Shown: one piece after another, positions 47,442 to 57,005 of the stretch
Numbering within the stretch: position 1 is the stretch's first letter
Layout: each line of letters starts with the position of its first letter
DNA from: Gammaproteobacteria bacterium
GTDB taxonomy: Bacteria > Pseudomonadota > Gammaproteobacteria > JAJPIJ01
Direction of reading: 5' to 3'
Length of the DNA: 64,000 bases
Assembly: GCA_022071965.1 (NCBI GenBank)
Contig: JAJVIQ010000021.1
Coordinates: 152,423-216,422 of the forward strand
The notes under the pieces: generated by a model
The model's input: only the letters and a program-made list of their open reading frames with translations
The model's database searches: none
What the model was told of the DNA's origin: nothing
Program-made: the position numbers and the translations under genes

Positions 47442-48965
47442 TCAGGGCGGGGTTGGCTGCGGCGCGCCAGGCTCGCCCACCACGTAGGGCGACTCCTCCT
47501 CGCTACCGGCTGGCTCCGTGGCGGGGACCTCCCGTGCGTCCGACGATGCCGGCGCCGTGTCTGCCGCGGGCCGCTCCGCAGCCTCGGGCGATGCCGGCAC
47601 GGTCGCCGCATCCCCGGGTTCCGCCGCTTGCGTGACGGCGACGCCAGGCATCCGGTATTCGACGTAGGCCTCGTCACGCAAGCGGCGCATCCAGGCCTGC
47701 ATCTCCTCTTCGATCTTGCGCTGCCTGATCGCCTCGCGCGCCTTGGCTCGCTGCGCCTCGGTACTGTCGTCGTGTTCGCGCCGTTCCAGGACCTGAACGA
47801 TGTGCCAGCCGAACTGGGTCTGGAATGGTTCGCTGATCTGGTCGGGTTCCAGGGCGTTCATGGCGTTCTCGAAGTCCGGATCCATCTCGCCAGGGTTGAT
47901 CCAGCCCAGGTCGCCCCCGTTGGCGGCGCTGCCGCGATCCTCGGAGTTTGATCGGGCCAGCGTCGCGAAGTCATCGCCGCCGTCCAGGCGCGCCTTCAAC
48001 TGTTCGAGCTTGCGCCTGGCATCTTCCTGTGAGACCGCCTCGCCGGTCTTGATGAGGATATGGCGCGCGTGCGTCTGCGTGACCATGTGGCTTTCCATGG
48101 TGCGCATGTCGGCGAGCTTGATGATGTGAAAGCCGCTCGGACCGCGCATGACCGCGCTGACTTCGCCCACCTTCATGTTTCGCAAGGCATCGGCCATGAC
48201 CGAGGGCACCTCGCCAGCCTTGCGCCAGCCCACGTCACCGCCTTCCAGCGCCTGCTGACTGTCGGAATGCTCGGCCGCGAGCTTGGCGAAGTCAGCACCG
48301 TTGCGGATCTGCTCGTGCACCTCTTCGGCCTCGCGCTGCGCTGCGGCAATCTGATCGGGTGTGGCGCCCTCGGGCGTGGCGATCAATATGTGTGAGATGC
48401 GGTACTCGGTATCGCCGGCCGTGCCCTGATTGCGGGGGTTCTGCAGATAGGAATCGATCTCGCGATCGCTGACGGTGACGCGATTGTCCACCTCGCGCTG
48501 CTTCAGGCGGGCGAGCGTGATCTCGTTGCGTATATCCTCGCGGTACTGCCCGTAGTCGTATCCTTCCTTGGCGAGCACCTCGCGGAACTGCTCCAGCGAC
48601 AGCTTGTTCTGGGCCGCCACGCTCGTCACCGCCTTGTTCAGCGTATCGTCGTCGACGTTCACCCCGGCGCGCTTGGCGTACTGCAGCTGTATCTTCGCCA
48701 TGACCAGCCGTTCCAGGACCTGCCGGTTGACGATGTCCTCCGGCGGCATCTGCCCGCCGCGCTGGCCCATCTGCTGCAGGATCCGCTCCTTGAAGCGATC
48801 GAATTCGCTCTGCATCACGACATCGTCGTCGACGATGGCGACGATGCGATCGATCGGCTCGGCGGCCACGCGCGTGCCGCCGGCGAGGCCAAGGGTCATG
48901 GCCAGCGTCGCAATCAAGGCCTTCATGGCGAGGGACGTGACGAGTGGATCGTTTCGATACAGCAT
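47442..48965 (-). CDS. surA: Periplasmic chaperone / peptidyl-prolyl isomerase SurA with an unusual ~70-aa low-complexity C-terminal tail
   Basis: There are a signal peptide, an N-terminal chaperone domain and two parvulin domains ('..FHIIKLADMRT', 'QFGWHIVQVLERR'). The tail reads '...AEPGDAATVPASPEAAERPAADTAPASSDAREVP..EEESPYVVGEPGAPQPTPP'. Confidence 0.85.
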   Translation of the reverse strand: MLYRNDPLVTSLAMKALIATLAMTLGLAGGTRVAAEPIDRIVAIVDDDVVMQSEFDRFKERILQQMGQRGGQMPPEDIVNRQVLERLVMAKIQLQYAKRAGVNVDDDTLNKAVTSVAAQNKLSLEQFREVLAKEGYDYGQYREDIRNEITLARLKQREVDNRVTVSDREIDSYLQNPRNQGTAGDTEYRISHILIATPEGATPDQIAAAQREAEEVHEQIRNGADFAKLAAEHSDSQQALEGGDVGWRKAGEVPSVMADALRNMKVGEVSAVMRGPSGFHIIKLADMRTMESHMVTQTHARHILIKTGEAVSQEDARRKLEQLKARLDGGDDFATLARSNSEDRGSAANGGDLGWINPGEMDPDFENAMNALEPDQISEPFQTQFGWHIVQVLERREHDDSTEAQRAKAREAIRQRKIEEEMQAWMRRLRDEAYVEYRMPGVAVTQAAEPGDAATVPASPEAAERPAADTAPASSDAREVPATEPAGSEEESPYVVGEPGAPQPTPP

Positions 48966-49056
48966 TGGTCAGGATTCCTCAGGGTTGATTGCCGTGTCGC
49001 GGATGTCGGCGCGGTGACGTGGTCGGCGGCCCGCACCCGCGCCCGGCGCGTCCGCG

Positions 49057-51285
49057 TCAAAACTCGTTCGTGTAACCGGGGATGTTCTTCTTGAGATACG
49101 ACGAGGTGCCGCGTCCGAGTCCGCCCAGGCCCTTCAGCTCCACCTGCAGGAAGACCGCATTGTCGTACTCGCCCTCGGAGGTGCTGATGTATCGCCTGCC
49201 GACCAGCCGCATGCCCCAGCAGCACGCCTCGTACTCCAGCCCGCCGAACACCTCCAGCGTTTGACCCTCGGGCACGGAGTAGTTCCAGCGTCCCAGCAAC
49301 GCCCAGTTCGGGTTCAGCGGCCAGCGGAACGACAGGTCGGTCTGCTCGACGTTGGCCGGACGCCGGAAACGATAGTCGAAGTTGAACAGCCTGTTCTCGC
49401 CGGGCCGGTAGCGCAGGCGTATGGCGCTGCGCTGCGTGAGATCCTCGTTCGGATCCCATTGCAGGGCTCCGCCCACGGACCAGGCGGGCGTCACCTGGGC
49501 CCAGGCCTCCGCGACCAGCTCGGATACCGGGTCGGTGAACGCAGTCTCGTCCGGGAGCACGACGTCCCGATCCTCGAAGTAGTAGATCTGGCCGACACTG
49601 GCGCGGAGGCGTTCGCGCCCGTTGTCGGAGTCCAGCAGCCGGGAGGTCAGCGCCAGGGTCACGGAGTTCTGATCGCCGAGACGGTCGATGCTGCTGTAGC
49701 GGTTGTCGCGGAACAGTTGCCCGAAGGAAAAGTCGTAATCGCTCGAATCGAAGACCGGGATATCGTCCTGCCCGACGTCAGGGCGATAAAGATAATAGAT
49801 GCGCGGTTCGATCGTGTGCAGGAAGGAGTCGGCGCCCAGTGTCAGGTTGCGTTCGAGAAACAGCCCGCTGTCGATCGAGAAGTTCGGGACCGTGCGACTC
49901 AGGGAATCCTCGCCGAACTCGTTGCCATCCAGCGCATACCAGGTCTGGTCCAGGGCGATGCGCGGCGTGAAGAAACTTCCTGCCGTCTCGAACGGGAAGG
50001 AGACGAAGGGTCGCACGCTGAAGCGCCCGCCTGTGACGCTTTCGGCGCGATCGAAATAGGTGGTCTCGCCGTAAACCTGGAAATTGACGTGCGGCAGCGG
50101 GCGCGCAAATGACGTGAAGTAGTAGACCTGCGGCAGATAATCGTAGGGTCGACTCGATCCGGGCAGCGTACGGTCCACGCTCTGGTAGCTGTTCACGCGG
50201 GCGCGCACCGACCACCAGTCCCGGCCGTAGGTCACCAGGGCATAGCGGTTGAGGAAGCGCGTGCTGGTGACGCTCAGGCTGTTGCCGAAATCCTCCAGGT
50301 ACTGCTTGTCGGAGACGTTGTTGAAGTCGACCAGGAGCCGGCCGCGACCGGCGTCAAAGCCCTGGTTGTGCCGGAATTGCACCAACCACCTGTCCTGGTC
50401 ATTCAGCTTCTCGTCACTCGGAAGGATGGTGCCGGCAACCAGGCCCCCGAGGTCGGGCAGGAGATATCTGCCTTCCGCACCGAGCATGAGGCCGCGATTG
50501 CCGAGATAACGCGGGAACAGGGTGGCATCGTAGTTGGGGGCGATGTTCCAGTAGAACGGCGTCGTGATGTCCATGCCGGAATCGCGCGAACTCCCGAACG
50601 TGGGCGGCAGCAGGCCGGTCTTGCGCCTGTCGGAAAGGGGGAAGCTGATATATGGCGTATAGAAGACCGGAACGCCCTTGATCCGAAGCACGACATTGCG
50701 TGCACTGCCCCATTCCTCGCTGTGATCCAGGAACAGCTTCCCGGCGGACAGCTTCCAGCTCGGCTGACCGTTGACGTCAGGGCAGGTCGTGTACGAGACC
50801 TCCTTGAGTTTCGACACGTCGCGTTGCATGTCGTGCTCGATCAGCGCGGCCTCGCCGCGGCCGCGCGTGTCGGTCAGGCGATAGTATCCGCGCTCGAGTT
50901 TCGCTTCGTCCTTGCTCATGTTGAGGTTGGCGTGCTCCCCGTGCCAGAAGATGGATCCGCTCCACATACGCGTATTGCCCAACGCGTCGACGATGTCGTT
51001 GGGCTCATCGTAGGTGAGCCGATCGGTCCGCAATGCGTTGTCGTCGCGCACCAGTTCGACGTTGCCGGCAAACGTGGAAACCCCGTGCTCGATCAACGTC
51101 GCCTCATCGCCCTCCAGCGCGGCGAAGCCCGGATCGAGCCCCGCCGCGGACGGTCTGGGCTCCAGCCCCGTCTCCACCGGGCACAGGCCCCAGTCGATCC
51201 GGCGTGCTTCATCGGCGGCAAAACCGGCGGCCGGCAGCACGACGGATGCCGCAATGGCTATCCATGTTATGGTTTTTGTTGACAT
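49057..51285 (-). CDS. lptD: LPS-assembly outer-membrane protein LptD
   Basis: The protein is 742 aa. It has a signal peptide, an OstA N-terminal domain and a large beta-barrel. Its position upstream of surA-pdxA-rsmA is conserved. Confidence 0.9.
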   Translation of the reverse strand: MSTKTITWIAIAASVVLPAAGFAADEARRIDWGLCPVETGLEPRPSAAGLDPGFAALEGDEATLIEHGVSTFAGNVELVRDDNALRTDRLTYDEPNDIVDALGNTRMWSGSIFWHGEHANLNMSKDEAKLERGYYRLTDTRGRGEAALIEHDMQRDVSKLKEVSYTTCPDVNGQPSWKLSAGKLFLDHSEEWGSARNVVLRIKGVPVFYTPYISFPLSDRRKTGLLPPTFGSSRDSGMDITTPFYWNIAPNYDATLFPRYLGNRGLMLGAEGRYLLPDLGGLVAGTILPSDEKLNDQDRWLVQFRHNQGFDAGRGRLLVDFNNVSDKQYLEDFGNSLSVTSTRFLNRYALVTYGRDWWSVRARVNSYQSVDRTLPGSSRPYDYLPQVYYFTSFARPLPHVNFQVYGETTYFDRAESVTGGRFSVRPFVSFPFETAGSFFTPRIALDQTWYALDGNEFGEDSLSRTVPNFSIDSGLFLERNLTLGADSFLHTIEPRIYYLYRPDVGQDDIPVFDSSDYDFSFGQLFRDNRYSSIDRLGDQNSVTLALTSRLLDSDNGRERLRASVGQIYYFEDRDVVLPDETAFTDPVSELVAEAWAQVTPAWSVGGALQWDPNEDLTQRSAIRLRYRPGENRLFNFDYRFRRPANVEQTDLSFRWPLNPNWALLGRWNYSVPEGQTLEVFGGLEYEACCWGMRLVGRRYISTSEGEYDNAVFLQVELKGLGGLGRGTSSYLKKNIPGYTNEF

Positions 51286-51341
51286 TTATTATGCAGGCGA
51301 CGCGGAGATGTCGCCTAAAATCGCACAGAACGCGCCTCGGT

Positions 51342-52211
51342 TCAAATCTCCTTGGGCGGGCGATTTTCCTCACGGGAAACGCCTGCCAGCACCCGGTCCA
51401 GCAGGGCGGTTGGGAGCAGACGCTTCATCGCCCAGAAGGCGTGGGCGGGTACGGTCAGGCGATAACGCGCGCGCGGGCGCGGCGACTCCATGGCGTGCAG
51501 CAGCGGCTTCATGATCGAGGCGGGGGGCAGGGTGAAAGGTGCTGCCGGTCCCGCCTTGGCCAGCCGCGCGATCATCGCCCGGTACGTCGCGGCATGAACG
51601 CTCCCGGCAGCGGTGTCGTGGCGCCGGAAGGCCTGCAGGGCGTTCTGCCGGAAGCGGCTTTCAATCGGGCCCGGCTCGATGAGGGAGACGTGGATGCCCG
51701 TCCCGACGAGCTCCAGCCGCAGGGTGTCGGTCAGGCCCTCGAGGGCGAATTTCGAGGCGTTGTAGGCGCCGCGGTAACGCAACGCCACGTAGCCGAGCAG
51801 AGAACCGTTGTGAACGATGCGTCCGCGGCCGCGGCGGCGCATCGCAGGCAGGACGCGGCAGGTCAGTTCGTGCAGTCCGAACAGATTGGTCTCGAACTGT
51901 TCACGCAGCGCGTCGCGGCTGAGATCCTCGACCGCGCCCGGCTGACCATAGCCGGCATTGTTGAACAGTGCGTAGAGTTCACCGTCGGTGCGCGCGAGCA
52001 CCTCGCCGACGGTCGTGTCGATCGATGCGCTCGAGGTCAGATCGAGCTGCAGGGCCTCGAAACCCTCGCCGGCCAGCGCCTGCACATCCTCGAGACGGCG
52101 GGCGGTGGCGAAGACCCGGTAGCCGCGTTCCCGCAGCCCCTGCGCGGCAGCATAGCCGATGCCCGAGGAGCAACCGGTGAGGAGGATCGCCGAGGTCGAG
52201 AGCGTTCGCAT
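51342..52211 (-). CDS. SDR-family oxidoreductase
   Basis: The sequence includes 'ILLTGCSSGIGYAAA', 'NNAG' and 'YNASKFALEGLTDTLRLEL', which carries the YxxxK motif. Confidence 0.85.
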   Translation of the reverse strand: MRTLSTSAILLTGCSSGIGYAAAQGLRERGYRVFATARRLEDVQALAGEGFEALQLDLTSSASIDTTVGEVLARTDGELYALFNNAGYGQPGAVEDLSRDALREQFETNLFGLHELTCRVLPAMRRRGRGRIVHNGSLLGYVALRYRGAYNASKFALEGLTDTLRLELVGTGIHVSLIEPGPIESRFRQNALQAFRRHDTAAGSVHAATYRAMIARLAKAGPAAPFTLPPASIMKPLLHAMESPRPRARYRLTVPAHAFWAMKRLLPTALLDRVLAGVSREENRPPKEI

Positions 52212-52262
52212 GGCGCGCTTGCGGGCTGTGCCGGGCGTGCTTGGCCTGCTGCCGCGGCGCGC

Positions 52263-53525
52263 CTAGGCCGGGCCCATGATGCTCTTTATCTCCGCGATCT
52301 GGGCGGCCGCCTCCTCCAGGATCTGAGCGCTCAGCCGGGGATTGGCCGCGTCGCCCGCCAGCTTCTTGAAGGCCGGCAGCCTCGGCAACGAGGGGACCTG
52401 CGGCGGCTTGCTGGACTTGCCTATGTAACCGTGCACCTTGGCGACCACCACCACGTCCGCGAGGTCCGGTTGCGGCGCGGGGTCCCGCCACCAGTCGTTG
52501 GCGTCGCGCACGACCACCTCGAAATACTCCGGCAGTTTCCATTCGCGCACGACGCTGATGCCGGCGCGAACGCGTAGCGCCCCCAGCAGCTGTTCCAGAA
52601 GCTGACCCTCATCGTTCAGGAGGGCGGGACGCTTGGCGACGTAGCCGAATATCGGCAGTACGCCGATATCGTGCAACAGTCCGGCCAGCAGTGCCTCCTC
52701 GGGTTTGAAGGTCTTCGTCAGTCGTGCCAGCACGTAGCTGATGGCGGCGACCTCGTTGGCCTTCTCCCAGCTCGTGCGCAGGTGCTTCTTCAAGCCCGGC
52801 ATGTCGGATTCGAACAGGCCACGCACCGCGAATGCCGTGATCAGCTGCCGCGCCGTCTTGGTGCCGATGCGGGTGATGGCCTGCTCGCAGGTCTGCGCCG
52901 GGGAGGTGCCGCGGTACATGGCGCTGTTGGCGGCCTTGAGCAACTTGGCGGTGAGTGCCGGGTCGCGCGTGACGATCTTGGCGATGTCCTTGAGGTCGGC
53001 GTCGTCCCGGTCGATGAGTTGCTGTGCGCGCAGCGCCACCTCCGGAAGACTGGGCAGGTGCAGCCCGTCGCCCATCATCGAAAGCTCGTGTATCTGCAAT
53101 TGCTCGGAGAGACCGGAATTGTCGAATGGCAGCTCGTAGACGCCGTACTCGGCCTGCGACAGCAGTTTCTGCACGTCCAGCAGGCCGGAGATGTCCAGTC
53201 GCACATATGCGATGGGGGTTATCGCCTTCGCGGAATGCAGCCGAGGCCGCAGCGGCGACAGCGGCCGGACGGCATGCGGGGTACGCGCGACGATCGTCGA
53301 CTTGCGACCGTCGCGCCCGGTGAGTTCCACGGTGCCTTCCATCAGGCAGTACATCCAGGGGTCCTTGTCGCCGACGGCAAAGAGGGCCTGCTGCGGAGCG
53401 GCGCGCTCGATGCTGCCCTTGGTGGCCATGACCAGCATGTCGGAGATTTCCATGTGCCTGAACGGGTCGAACCACTGCAGGGCCTCGACCACGGCTTCCA
53501 GGGAGTTGGTCTGTGTATTGGCCAT
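52263..53525 (-). CDS. Signal-transduction protein with an N-terminal cNMP-binding domain fused to an HDOD domain
   Basis: The N-terminal cNMP-like beta-roll reads 'ALFAVGDKDPWMYCLMEGTVEL'. The HDOD region reads 'LPSLPEVALRAQQLI...IVTRDPALTAKLLKAANSAMY...LLHDIGVLPIF'. Confidence 0.75.
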   Translation of the reverse strand: MANTQTNSLEAVVEALQWFDPFRHMEISDMLVMATKGSIERAAPQQALFAVGDKDPWMYCLMEGTVELTGRDGRKSTIVARTPHAVRPLSPLRPRLHSAKAITPIAYVRLDISGLLDVQKLLSQAEYGVYELPFDNSGLSEQLQIHELSMMGDGLHLPSLPEVALRAQQLIDRDDADLKDIAKIVTRDPALTAKLLKAANSAMYRGTSPAQTCEQAITRIGTKTARQLITAFAVRGLFESDMPGLKKHLRTSWEKANEVAAISYVLARLTKTFKPEEALLAGLLHDIGVLPIFGYVAKRPALLNDEGQLLEQLLGALRVRAGISVVREWKLPEYFEVVVRDANDWWRDPAPQPDLADVVVVAKVHGYIGKSSKPPQVPSLPRLPAFKKLAGDAANPRLSAQILEEAAAQIAEIKSIMGPA

Positions 53526-53713
53526 GTCGTCTGTGTCCGTCGATCCCGGATTCTAGCATTCCCGGGCCAGTATTATTTATTGCGGCGGTCAAGCTGCCTG
53601 GCGCAGCGGTGCCGCCGCGGGCCGGACCGTCGCGCCGGGGCGATTGCAGCACGGCGGCGCATCTGGCGTAATTGCCGCCACCGGCAACAAGAACCTCCCG
53701 GGGCGACATCGTC

Positions 53714-54586
53714 ATGAAACTCGCAACCTTTTCGCATCGCGGCCTGGTCCGCACCGGCATCGCCGTCGGCGGCCGCATGATAGATGTGGCGGCCACGGGC
53801 ATGCCGGCGGACATGCTGTCCCTGCTGCAGCTCGGCGAGGACGGCGTGCGGCGCCTGCGCGGGCTGGCCGAAGACGGCGCGGCGCCGTCGCTGGCGATGA
53901 GCGAGGTCCGCCTCGAGGCGCCCATACGGCGTCCTCCGAAGTATCTCGCCATCGCGCTGAACTATGCCGAGCACATCAGCGAGACGCAGATGGCGAAGCC
54001 GGAGTTCCCCAAGTTCTTCAACAAGCAGTCGACGTGCATCGCCGGTCCTCATGACCCCATACACATGCCGCGGGTCTCCAGCAAGCTCGATTACGAGGGG
54101 GAGCTCGGCGTGGTCATCGGCCGTCGTTGCCGGCACGTCCCGCGTGCTCGCGCCCACGAGGTCGTCGCCGGTTATCTCGTCTGCAACGACGTCACCGTGC
54201 GCGACTGGCAGGCGAAGTCGGAGACCTTCACGCTCGGCAAGTCGTTTGACACCCACGGACCGATTGGGCCATGGATCGTCACGCCCGAGGAGGTCGGCGA
54301 CCCGCACAATCTCGAGTTCAGGACCTTCGTCGGCGGCGAACAGCGCCAGCACTCCAATACCAGGTACATGCTCTTCACGATCTGGGAACAGATCGAGGTG
54401 CTGTCGACCGCCTTCACGCTCGAGGTCGGCGACATCATCGCCACCGGAACCTGCGCCGGTGTGGGCGTGAAGATGACCCCGCGCGGCTATCTGAAGGTCG
54501 GCCAGACCTGCAGGGTGGAGATCGAGGGGATCGGCGCGATCGAAAACCCGGTCATCGATGAGCCCGCCGACATGGCGTTGATCTGA
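53714..54586 (+). CDS. Fumarylacetoacetate-hydrolase (FAH) family protein
   Basis: The sequence includes 'KYLAIALNYAEH', 'DYEGELGVVIGRR', 'GYLVCNDVTVRDWQ' and 'GDIIATGTCAGVG'. Confidence 0.8.
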   Translation: MKLATFSHRGLVRTGIAVGGRMIDVAATGMPADMLSLLQLGEDGVRRLRGLAEDGAAPSLAMSEVRLEAPIRRPPKYLAIALNYAEHISETQMAKPEFPKFFNKQSTCIAGPHDPIHMPRVSSKLDYEGELGVVIGRRCRHVPRARAHEVVAGYLVCNDVTVRDWQAKSETFTLGKSFDTHGPIGPWIVTPEEVGDPHNLEFRTFVGGEQRQHSNTRYMLFTIWEQIEVLSTAFTLEVGDIIATGTCAGVGVKMTPRGYLKVGQTCRVEIEGIGAIENPVIDEPADMALI

Positions 54587-54601
54587 CGCCGCCGCCGGGC
54601 G

Positions 54602-54949
54602 TCACCTCGACCCGTAGCGCATGCGGATGCCGTGGGTCACCGACAGCAGGATCTCCGCCGCCGCCAGATCCTTTGGAAAATAGCAGCCTGATATGTTGGC
54701 GGCCGCGAGGCTTACACCCTCCAGCCGCGAATTGCGAAAGTCCAGCCCGCGCAGGTCGGCGCCGCGAAAATAGGCGTCGGTGAAATCCAGACCATCGACG
54801 TTCATGTTGCGCAGATCGAGACCGCGCAGGTCCACCCCGCGCATGTCGGGATTCGCGCCTTTGCTGCGGCGCTCATTGAATTCCTGGATATTCTCGTCCC
54901 GTAGAAGCTGATACATGGGATCCCGGGAGATCTTCGGTTGAGCGGACAT
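54602..54949 (-). CDS. Pentapeptide-repeat protein
   Basis: The repeats read 'MRGVDLRGLDLRNMNVDGLDFTDAYFRGADLRGLDFRNSRLEGVSL'. SD GAGGAAA sits before the MSAQPK start; the ORF-track start at 55009 is 20 codons upstream. Confidence 0.7.
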   Translation of the reverse strand: MSAQPKISRDPMYQLLRDENIQEFNERRSKGANPDMRGVDLRGLDLRNMNVDGLDFTDAYFRGADLRGLDFRNSRLEGVSLAAANISGCYFPKDLAAAEILLSVTHGIRMRYGSR

Positions 54950-55020
54950 GGCGGTTTCCTCGCTGAGCAATCGTGTTGCGCCGGCCTTCGCTCGACTTAT
55001 CGGCCGCATGTCCCCGGGCT

Positions 55021-56391
55021 TTAGTTGACTCGTGAGCGCCCTCGCAGGGCTGCGGGCAGCCGCTCGTAGATGCCGCCGAAACCGCCGTTGCTCATGATGA
55101 GGATGTGATCGCCGCGGCGTGCCATTGCAGCCAGTGCGGCGATGATCTCCTCGACAGTCCCGAAAACTCGGCGTCTGGAGCCCAGCGCCTGCGTAGCCAC
55201 GGCCAAGTCCCAGCCGAGGCCGTCGGGCTGCAGCAGCAGCGCCGCGTCCGCGCCGGCAAGCGCCTGCGCGAGCTCACGACTGTGCACGCCGAGTTTCATG
55301 GTGTTGGAGCGCGGCTCGAGTACGGCGATGATGCGCGCCCCGGCCCCGATGCGCGCGCGCAGCGCCTCGAGCGTGAGCTCGATGGCGGTGGGGTGATGCG
55401 CAAAATCGTCGTAGATCGTGACGCCGTGGATCTCGGCCAGTTTTTCCATCCGCCGCTTGACGCTCTTGTAGCCGCGCAGCGCCGCAATCGACGCTGCCGG
55501 TTCCGCGCCTGCGTGTCGCGCCGCGGCGATGGCCGCCAGCGCGTTCAGTGCGTTGTGACGGCCTGCCGCCTCCCACTCCACTGCTCCCACGGCCCGCCCT
55601 TCGAGCATGACTTCGAAGCGCGAGTAGTCCGGCGCAAGCGGTCTTGCCTCCCAGTCCCCGCCCTCGCCCAGCGTGGCGCGCGGGGTCCAGCAGCCGCGCG
55701 CCAGCGTCTCGTTCAGCGCGGTGTCGCGAGCCGGACTGATGATGAGCCCGTTGCCCGGGATAATTCGGACGAGGTGGTGAAACTGCGTCTGGATCGCAGC
55801 GAGGTCGGGGAAGATATCGGCGTGATCGAACTCGAGATTGTTGAGGATCGCGGTGCGCGGCCGGTAGTGCAGGAACTTCGAACGCTTGTCGAAGAACGCG
55901 GTGTCGTATTCGTCCGCTTCGACGACGAAGAACGGCGCGTCACCCACCCGGGCCGAGGTGCCGAAATTCTCGGCAACGCCGCCGATCAGAAAGCCGGGCT
56001 TCAGACCGGCCTGCTCCAGCAGCCAGGCGAGCATGCTGGTCGTGGTGGTCTTGCCGTGCGTGCCGGCCACTGCCATGACCCACCGATCCTGCAGGAGATT
56101 GTCTGCCAGCCATTGCGGGCCGGAGGTGTACCGCAGGCCCCGATTCAGCATGTGCTCGACGGCAGGATTGCCGCGCGACATTGCGTTGCCGACCACGACC
56201 ACGTCCGGGGCGATGCGGAGATGTGCCGGGTCGTAACCCTCCATGAGGGTGATGGCGTTGGAGGCGAGCAGGGCGCTCATCGGCGGATAAACGTTGGCAT
56301 CCGATCCGCTCACCTGGTGTCCGAGTTCGCGCGCGAGCAGGGCGATACCGCCCATGAACGTTCCGCAGATTCCGAGGATGTGTATGCGCAT
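55021..56391 (-). CDS. mpl: UDP-N-acetylmuramate:L-alanyl-gamma-D-glutamyl-meso-DAP ligase
   Basis: The sequence is 'MRIHILGICGTFMGGIALLARELGHQVSGSDANVYPPM...AVAGTHGKTTTTSMLAW'. Confidence 0.9.
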   Translation of the reverse strand: MRIHILGICGTFMGGIALLARELGHQVSGSDANVYPPMSALLASNAITLMEGYDPAHLRIAPDVVVVGNAMSRGNPAVEHMLNRGLRYTSGPQWLADNLLQDRWVMAVAGTHGKTTTTSMLAWLLEQAGLKPGFLIGGVAENFGTSARVGDAPFFVVEADEYDTAFFDKRSKFLHYRPRTAILNNLEFDHADIFPDLAAIQTQFHHLVRIIPGNGLIISPARDTALNETLARGCWTPRATLGEGGDWEARPLAPDYSRFEVMLEGRAVGAVEWEAAGRHNALNALAAIAAARHAGAEPAASIAALRGYKSVKRRMEKLAEIHGVTIYDDFAHHPTAIELTLEALRARIGAGARIIAVLEPRSNTMKLGVHSRELAQALAGADAALLLQPDGLGWDLAVATQALGSRRRVFGTVEEIIAALAAMARRGDHILIMSNGGFGGIYERLPAALRGRSRVN

Positions 56392-56409
56392 GATCGCGAC
56401 CCGGCCTCC

Positions 56410-56913
56410 TCAACCCTGCGGCGACGGCAGAAGCAGCGACCCGAGGAACTGGTTGAAGGCGAATATGACCAGCGCTGCGGCCAGACCGCCGAGGCGGTCC
56501 GAACCGAGGGCGTGGCGGTAGACGTGCGCGTTGATCGAGATGCTCCAGAATATCAGCAGCGTGAGCAGCAGGCTGGGCGCGACGGCATCCGGATTGGCCT
56601 CCCCCGTCACGTTGCCCCAGTAGATGAGGGGGAGCGCGAGCAGGCTGATGACCAGGCCGCTGCCGGCAACCGCGCAGAAGGTCTGGCGGATCCGCCGGGG
56701 ATGACGGAACAGCGTGAGCAGCGCCGCCGTCGTCACCCAGACGGACACGGAATTCACGACACCGGCGCGCAGTGCCGTCATCAACGGATAGTTGATGTAC
56801 ACGATCAGCGTGCCGATCGCCGCGGTGAGCAGCAACAGCATCACCGTCAACGCGTCGGTCGACGGCACGTCCTGGGGGCCGCGGCGAAACAGGCAAATGT
56901 TCCAGAACAGCAT
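56410..56913 (-). CDS. Hypothetical polytopic inner-membrane protein
   Basis: There are 5-6 predicted TM helices. The start is ambiguous: ATG 'MLFWNICLF' at 56913, or a TTG 16 codons upstream. Confidence 0.4.
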   Translation of the reverse strand: MLFWNICLFRRGPQDVPSTDALTVMLLLLTAAIGTLIVYINYPLMTALRAGVVNSVSVWVTTAALLTLFRHPRRIRQTFCAVAGSGLVISLLALPLIYWGNVTGEANPDAVAPSLLLTLLIFWSISINAHVYRHALGSDRLGGLAAALVIFAFNQFLGSLLLPSPQG

Positions 56914-57005
56914 CGCAAGGTCGCGATCAGGCGTGCTCAAGGCGGCAGCGGAACTCCACAATCACTTGGCTCAGGATGCGCTGCCGAGGACCCGTCGCCG
57001 GCCGC

